Shown: one piece after another, positions 59,366-64,000 of the stretch
Position numbering within the stretch: position 1 is the first letter of the stretch
Layout: each line of letters begins with the position of its first letter
DNA from: a virus
DNA length: 64,000 bases
Direction: 5' to 3' (one strand)
IMG/VR virus record: IMGVR_UViG_3300042348_000780
Notes under the pieces: generated by a model
Database searches by the model: none
Seen by the model: the letters and a program-made list of their open reading frames with translations, nothing else
What the model was told of the DNA's origin: nothing
Program-made: the position numbers and the translations under genes

Positions 59366-59639
59366 GCGTAAATACTAACAAATGCCAATACAATTTCCAC
59401 CATCTCCATCAGTAAACCAAGAATACACCTACGAAGGAAAGGTGTGGGCATGGGATGGTTCTTCATGGGTTGGTGTGCGTCAAGAAACAGGAGTACAAAA
59501 AAGTAATATCTGGGCAAAGCAGAATCTTCTAATTCCTAAACGAGGATTCGGATTAAACTCTGGTTACAATGGAACAACAGATCAACGCCGTACAAAGGCA
59601 GGAACCATTCCTAGTCTGAAGCATTACATGGAGAGAGAT
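58494..59639 (+). repeat. Direct repeat pair of about 89 bp (58494-58582 / 59551-59639)
   Basis: First 40 bp identical (gattaaactctggttacaatggaacaacagatcaacgccg); remainder highly similar. Confidence 0.85.
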
Positions 59640-60437
59640 TTAAATGAGTTTATTAATACTGTTGTTATTCCTGGTACTGAATGGACACCCGCAAACATTT
59701 CTACTGTCTTTTGGTTAGATGCAGCAGACTCTAGTACAATCACTATTGCAACAGGTGTTGCAACATGGGCAGATAAAAGTGGAAATTCAGTAAACGCAAC
59801 CCAAGCAACTACAACACTTCAACCATCATACTCTGCAACCGCTTTTCCTGGTTCGTTGCCAGGAGTTTTATTTGATGGTGTAGATGACATAATGGATATT
59901 TCTACTATAGCCATGAGAAACCAAACACACGGCGTGTATTGGGTTTTTTCAAGAAGTGGTGCAGGAAGTGGTGCTGATGGTTATAGAACAATTATTGGTG
60001 GAAGAGCATCTGCGGGAACTGGAACTGACCGAGGTGCATTGCACTATATAAAAATTGCTAATGATTTTGGTGCATCTTATCCTTTCTTCCAAGGACCTAC
60101 AACCGTCAGTTATGATCTGTCAGCAGGAATAGCATATTCAAATAGTACAGGAAATGTAATGTCATTTCAAAGCAATACCACGGGATGGGGCGTATGGAGA
60201 AATGGAACTTTGGAAGGCACAACAAACAATATTGTAACACCCGATGCTACTAATATTGGATATTCTATTGGTGGGCAGTACAACACCTCAAGACGAATGC
60301 ATGGTGTAATGGGGGAATTAATTATGGTGGAAACCACAGATACCACTACAAGACAAAAAATCGAAGGATACCTTGCACACAAATGGGGACTGCAAGCAAA
60401 TCTTCCAGTAGATCACCCGTACAAATCCTCCGCACCA
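59286..60437 (+). repeat. Direct repeat pair of about 77 bp (59286-59362 / 60361-60437)
   Basis: tcgaaggata.cttgcacacaaatgggga...gatcacccgtacaaatcctccgcacca occurs in both gene ends. Confidence 0.85.
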
Positions 60438-60446
60438 ACAGTATAA
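59382..60446 (+). CDS. LamG/concanavalin A-like domain virion protein (paralog B) with an MP..FP..P N-terminal module
   Basis: Same WTPA/WLDAAD/DKSGN and [10 protein letters not shown] motifs as paralog A. Confidence 0.72.
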   Translation: MPIQFPPSPSVNQEYTYEGKVWAWDGSSWVGVRQETGVQKSNIWAKQNLLIPKRGFGLNSGYNGTTDQRRTKAGTIPSLKHYMERDLNEFINTVVIPGTEWTPANISTVFWLDAADSSTITIATGVATWADKSGNSVNATQATTTLQPSYSATAFPGSLPGVLFDGVDDIMDISTIAMRNQTHGVYWVFSRSGAGSGADGYRTIIGGRASAGTGTDRGALHYIKIANDFGASYPFFQGPTTVSYDLSAGIAYSNSTGNVMSFQSNTTGWGVWRNGTLEGTTNNIVTPDATNIGYSIGGQYNTSRRMHGVMGELIMVETTDTTTRQKIEGYLAHKWGLQANLPVDHPYKSSAPTV

Positions 60447-60449
60447 ATA
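60442..60449 (+). promoter_or_regulatory. Late promoter TATAAATA
   Basis: Exact consensus overlapping the stop codon, before the gene at 60465. Confidence 0.6.
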
Positions 60450-60464
60450 TAAAGAGATAAATTC

Positions 60465-60785
60465 ATGCCCGACATATACCTCAACTACGCAACATCAATC
60501 GGAACCACTGGTGCAAGCACAATCTATGCTGGCATCACAGGTACTGCCATTATCAATGGCATCCATGTTGCAAACACAAGCACTAGCACAGCAAACTCTG
60601 TTTCCATTCAGTTGTTCAAGGGAGCAACAGGATACTACATTGTTCGTGCAGCAGCAGTTCCGATTCAGTCAACATATCAAGCACTAGACACACCTATTCC
60701 GTTAATAACAGGAGATACACTCAAGGCAACAGCAGGAGCAACTGCTGGTCTTGATATAATTGTATCAGTATTGGAGTCAACCTAA
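60465..60785 (+). CDS. Small fibre-associated virion protein
   Basis: TIY...AII.GI.VAN...VP..ST...PI.L..GDTLK...LD..VSVLE pattern, common beside phage fibre genes. Confidence 0.65.
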   Translation: MPDIYLNYATSIGTTGASTIYAGITGTAIINGIHVANTSTSTANSVSIQLFKGATGYYIVRAAAVPIQSTYQALDTPIPLITGDTLKATAGATAGLDIIVSVLEST

Positions 60786-61093
60786 TGGCATTACAGCAGA
60801 TAATTCAACATGAGACAGGTTCATACTCGCAATATTGGCGAGTTGTTCGTACAAGTTTAAACTATGATATTTTACGAGGAGAAATAGTTCTCTATGGATA
60901 TGTCTCACAACAAGCGCGTGAGTCTGGAAAGACCAAACTAGATTCTCGTACATTTTCAGTGACGACAGAAGATTTCAATACTTATTTTATTCCTTCTGCA
61001 ATCGATCCACAAGATATCAATCAAGTTAAAAATTCTTACTTGTATATTAAAGGTATCAGTGGTGGAGAATTTTCGACAGCAACAGATATTTAA
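60785..61093 (+). CDS. Hypothetical protein
   Basis: TAATG-coupled 102-aa ORF (YWRV...GY.S..AR...Y.YIK...F..A.D). Confidence 0.65.
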   Translation: MALQQIIQHETGSYSQYWRVVRTSLNYDILRGEIVLYGYVSQQARESGKTKLDSRTFSVTTEDFNTYFIPSAIDPQDINQVKNSYLYIKGISGGEFSTATDI

Positions 61094-61104
61094 AGGAAAA
61101 TGCT

Positions 61105-61347
61105 ATACCAGCATCAAGATATGACATATACACAGAACAAGGATCTACTTTTAAACTGCATTTACACTACAAATATTCTGGTGGAACTGGATATACTGGT
61201 GGTATTTTTATTCGTGCTGATGCGACAACTATGAAAAATACACCATATGGAAAGCATTTTTATGATCTGGAATTGACAAATAGTCTTGGAGAGGTTCAAA
61301 GACTCATTGAAGGTAGTTTTGAAATATCAAGAGAAATTACGAGATAA
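61105..61347 (+). pseudogene. Probable decayed gene of the 'MPA..YD...EQG.TF ... YDLEL...V.RL.EG....EITR' phage fibre-adjacent family (ATA in place of ATG; apparently shortened)
   Basis: Open frame IPASRYDIYTEQGSTFKLHLHYKYSGGTGYTGGIFIRADATTMKNTPYGKHFYDLELTNSLGEVQRLIEGSFEISREITR*. AAGGA RBS lies 7 nt upstream of the ATA. Confidence 0.6.
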
Positions 61348-61366
61348 TTGACGGCGGACTTTATTG

Positions 61367-62410
61367 ATGTCGGATACATCTATAACCATAACACAACAAG
61401 GTCAAGCAAGAACTATTACAGCAATAGCACCTGGAGTAGCATTATCTGGACCACAAGGAATACAAGGTCCAACTGGTGAACAAGGTTCAAGAGGTGCTAC
61501 TGGTCCAACTGGTGCTTCTAATTTATATGAATTATTAGATGTTTCTATTGATCCAGAAACAGATTATCTTGATGGTAGGATATTAATCTATAGAACATCT
61601 GAAAATAAATGGAAAGTAGAAGATAACACAAATTTCTTTCTTCCTGCAAATAATGGTGCTACTGGTCCAACAGGTCCAACAGGATCTCAAGGTATTCAGG
61701 GTCCAACAGGATCTCAGGGTATTCAGGGTCCAACAGGATCTCAGGGTATTCAGGGTCCAACAGGTCCAACAGGATCTCAGGGTATTCAGGGTCCAACAGG
61801 ATCTCAGGGTATTCAGGGTCCAACAGGTCCAACAGGATCTCAGGGTATTCAGGGTCCAACAGGATCTCAGGGTATTCATGGTCCACCAGGTCCAACAGGA
61901 TCTCAGGGTCCAACAGGTCCAACAGGATCTCAGGGTATTCAGGGTGTCACAGGTGCTACGGGTGCTACAGGATCTCAAGGCATTCAAGGTGTCACGGGTG
62001 CTACAGGATCTCAAGGCATTCAAGGTGTCACAGGTGCTACGGGTGCTACAGGTCCAACCGAAGACAACATAACTCTATTCATTGATGCAACTCCAGATGA
62101 CATCACAACAGGGAACAAAGGTTATAAGCAGATTGCATATAACTGCGAGGCAATTGAATGGTATGTAATTTCAGGACAAACTGGCAGTATTGAGTTTGAT
62201 ATCAAGAAATCATCATTTGCTAACTACCCATCTACAACATCAATAGTCGGTTCAGATTATCCAGGATTCAGTGGAGCAATGAAGGACTCCAATACTGGAA
62301 TCACCGCATGGAGTGGTTTATCGGCAGGAGATATAATTGATTTTGTAATAAATAGTAATACGGGTGTGCAGAGTGTTGGATTGTTTATAAAGATCAGGAG
62401 AACATCGTGA
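61367..62410 (+). CDS. Collagen-like fibre protein with a C-terminal beta domain
   Basis: Long ([12 protein letters not shown])n run; C-terminal TG.KG...W...GSIEFDI...GLSAGD. Confidence 0.8.
   Translation: MSDTSITITQQGQARTITAIAPGVALSGPQGIQGPTGEQGSRGATGPTGASNLYELLDVSIDPETDYLDGRILIYRTSENKWKVEDNTNFFLPANNGATGPTGPTGSQGIQGPTGSQGIQGPTGSQGIQGPTGPTGSQGIQGPTGSQGIQGPTGPTGSQGIQGPTGSQGIHGPPGPTGSQGPTGPTGSQGIQGVTGATGATGSQGIQGVTGATGSQGIQGVTGATGATGPTEDNITLFIDATPDDITTGNKGYKQIAYNCEAIEWYVISGQTGSIEFDIKKSSFANYPSTTSIVGSDYPGFSGAMKDSNTGITAWSGLSAGDIIDFVINSNTGVQSVGLFIKIRRTS
61664..62058 (+). repeat. Collagen-coding tandem repeat array
   Basis: Near-perfect 27/36-bp units ggtccaacaggatctcagggtattcag, then ggtgtcac.ggtgctac. 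units. Confidence 0.9.
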
Positions 62411-64000
62411 AAGCAGCAGTAGATCACCATTTCGTAGGACAAACTGTTGGATTTACAGGAGGAATTCCTGCCGTTGGTATAACTGCGGGTGGTTATGATT
62501 CCACCAAGACCATGCTTTCCTCGCTCATTCGCCAAGCCACGGGAGCAAACACAGAAGACAACTATATTTCTTCAAAGCCATCAGCCATTGTGAACATTCC
62601 TGAAGTGTTTTCTTCGGGTTCGCAGTTTATGCCATCTGTATATAAGTGGTCAGATAATATTTATTGGGTATTTACCGCATCAAATGCAACTGCTGCTGCC
62701 ACGAGAACTTTGGCTCTTACCGAGTTTAATTCTAACACTCAAACTTTGACATATAAAGGATTTATTACACTTTCGGGAACAACCGTTTCTGGAGTCAAGA
62801 ATGTCCGTTCTTTACGAGCAGTTGTCTATGAGCACACTACAGGAACAGTATCAACTAGCGGATCTTCCGCCACGATTGGTGGATCAGGCACGGGATTCAC
62901 GGACGAGAGGATTGCTGTTGGCGCAAGGATTGGATTTGGAACAACCGATCCCACGGCAGTCACCACATGGTATGAAATCACAGGAATAACAAACAACACA
63001 ACCCTAACGATCAATGCTCCCGTTACTCTATCTGCTGGAACTTCGTATGTTATTGAAGAAATACGAATTGCAGTTGCCTGTACGCAATCGGGTACTAATT
63101 CTATCGTTGTGAATAGCGGTGTTCATCTCATCAAGGGGTTGAACTACAGCACATTCTCTCAAGGCGGAACCACAATTACAGAAGCAACGACTGTTGATAA
63201 CATTCGTGCTTCATACCTGTTGACCGATGCAAGAATAAACTCTGCACCAATCCAAACCTTCACAGTCACCATTGCTTCACCAGGAGTCTTTACTTGCAAT
63301 AGTCATGGACTGAGGAACGGTGATGTTGTTGTTTTGACAAGTACAGGTGCTTTGCCAACTGGACTTACGACATCTCCGACGACTGCTGCAACGCTGTATT
63401 ATGTCATCAATGCAGAGGCGAATACATTCAACCTGTCAACCACTCTCAACGGAACTGCGATCAATACCTCTGGTTCTCAGAGCGGAACTCATACCATACA
63501 CTCTCATGCAAAGAATGTGTCGGCAACTCTTGCTCTTGACAATGAGGTTAGCAAGACAGACCACAGCATCTACTTGGTGTCAACATATACAACCGCTTGT
63601 TCAATAACCAAGTACAACCTCAGAGCGGCATTGACTGTTGGTGCGATGGGTTCGTTCATTACCGCAGGAACGAGTCCAAGTGCCTATGTGCTATCCACAA
63701 CGACACAAGCGGTCACGGGAACACCATCACAGGTAAATTCTGGAAGAATATTTACAGTAAATCATGGTTCCGCATCTGGAATAAAAAGTCTTTACTTTAC
63801 AACAAACACAAGAATTTACCGTTGTCCATATGCCAATCTTACCAGTGGATCTATAACCTGGTTGGAAGACGCAATGCTTGAAGTCCCACCAGGCGGTAGT
63901 GTCACATATACCGCTACAACAACCATGTCACAGGTTGAATATTCGACATTACTCGACCGATTGTTCGTGACAACCACAAGTGGACGATTTGGAACCTATG
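62407..64000 (+). CDS. Large tail-fibre-like protein, truncated by the window end (absent from the ORF track)
   Basis: GTG at 62407 overlaps the upstream TGA, with an AGGAG RBS. The frame reads as sense at start, middle and end. It contains [16 protein letters not shown]...TGALPTGL...YYV...F.LS...AINTSG, a repeat common in phage tail proteins. Confidence 0.8.
   Translation, partial: MKAAVDHHFVGQTVGFTGGIPAVGITAGGYDSTKTMLSSLIRQATGANTEDNYISSKPSAIVNIPEVFSSGSQFMPSVYKWSDNIYWVFTASNATAAATRTLALTEFNSNTQTLTYKGFITLSGTTVSGVKNVRSLRAVVYEHTTGTVSTSGSSATIGGSGTGFTDERIAVGARIGFGTTDPTAVTTWYEITGITNNTTLTINAPVTLSAGTSYVIEEIRIAVACTQSGTNSIVVNSGVHLIKGLNYSTFSQGGTTITEATTVDNIRASYLLTDARINSAPIQTFTVTIASPGVFTCNSHGLRNGDVVVLTSTGALPTGLTTSPTTAATLYYVINAEANTFNLSTTLNGTAINTSGSQSGTHTIHSHAKNVSATLALDNEVSKTDHSIYLVSTYTTACSITKYNLRAALTVGAMGSFITAGTSPSAYVLSTTTQAVTGTPSQVNSGRIFTVNHGSASGIKSLYFTTNTRIYRCPYANLTSGSITWLEDAMLEVPPGGSVTYTATTTMSQVEYSTLLDRLFVTTTSGRFGTY

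Noticed and set aside
61664-62058. Regular short repeats resembling a CRISPR array
   Set aside because: The units are in-frame multiples of 9 bp encoding Gly-X-Y collagen, with no unique spacers and no cas genes.
450-63881. Numerous short minus-strand and alternate-frame ORFs in the track (e.g. 7170..7520, 30242..30598, 61583..62023, 63347..63607)
   Set aside because: They overlap well-supported + strand genes, show no recognisable motifs, and reflect codon bias or repeat periodicity.
1-64000. Stop-codon reassignment, introns/inteins, tRNA genes, integrase or IS elements
   Set aside because: Core genes are full-length and uninterrupted under the standard code, with TAA, TGA and TAG all used as stops. 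Intergenic gaps are short, and none shows a cloverleaf or mobile-element signature.

Overview
This window is part of an AT-rich T4-like myophage genome (cyanophage/freshwater-type gene order) that uses the standard genetic code, with every credible gene on the + strand. Gene order: (1) baseplate and Cys-rich tail-appendage genes (1-17.7 kb); (2) neck, packaging, tail and head module gp13-gp23 plus gp3, with a short sheath and two tandem tube genes (17.8-31.5 kb); (3) uvsY, uvsW, gp55, gp47, gp46, gp45, gp44, gp62 and regA (31.5-40.6 kb); (4) an ~11.7 kb glycosylation island (40.7-52.4 kb) with five glycosyltransferases, an RmlB-type dehydratase, a NeuB-family synthase, a ThDP enzyme, two O-methyltransferases, an SDR and RfbH/DdhC, punctuated by T4-type late promoters; (5) a mosaic region of virion accessory and collagen-like fibre genes (52.4-64 kb). 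The strongest candidate for an undescribed system is late-expressed virion O-glycosylation. A G-X-T/S tripeptide pervades predicted outer virion proteins and may be the acceptor motif for the island's GT2-TPR enzyme. The island may also make a branched-chain 3,6-dideoxy (yersiniose-type) sugar. Other notable items are a perfect antisense sigma70 promoter at the late/early boundary, apparent leaderless transcripts, an RBS-sequestering hairpin at gp13, a decayed gene missed by the ORF track, and recombination-prone fibre cassettes. All family assignments come from motif recognition by eye; no database searches were run.
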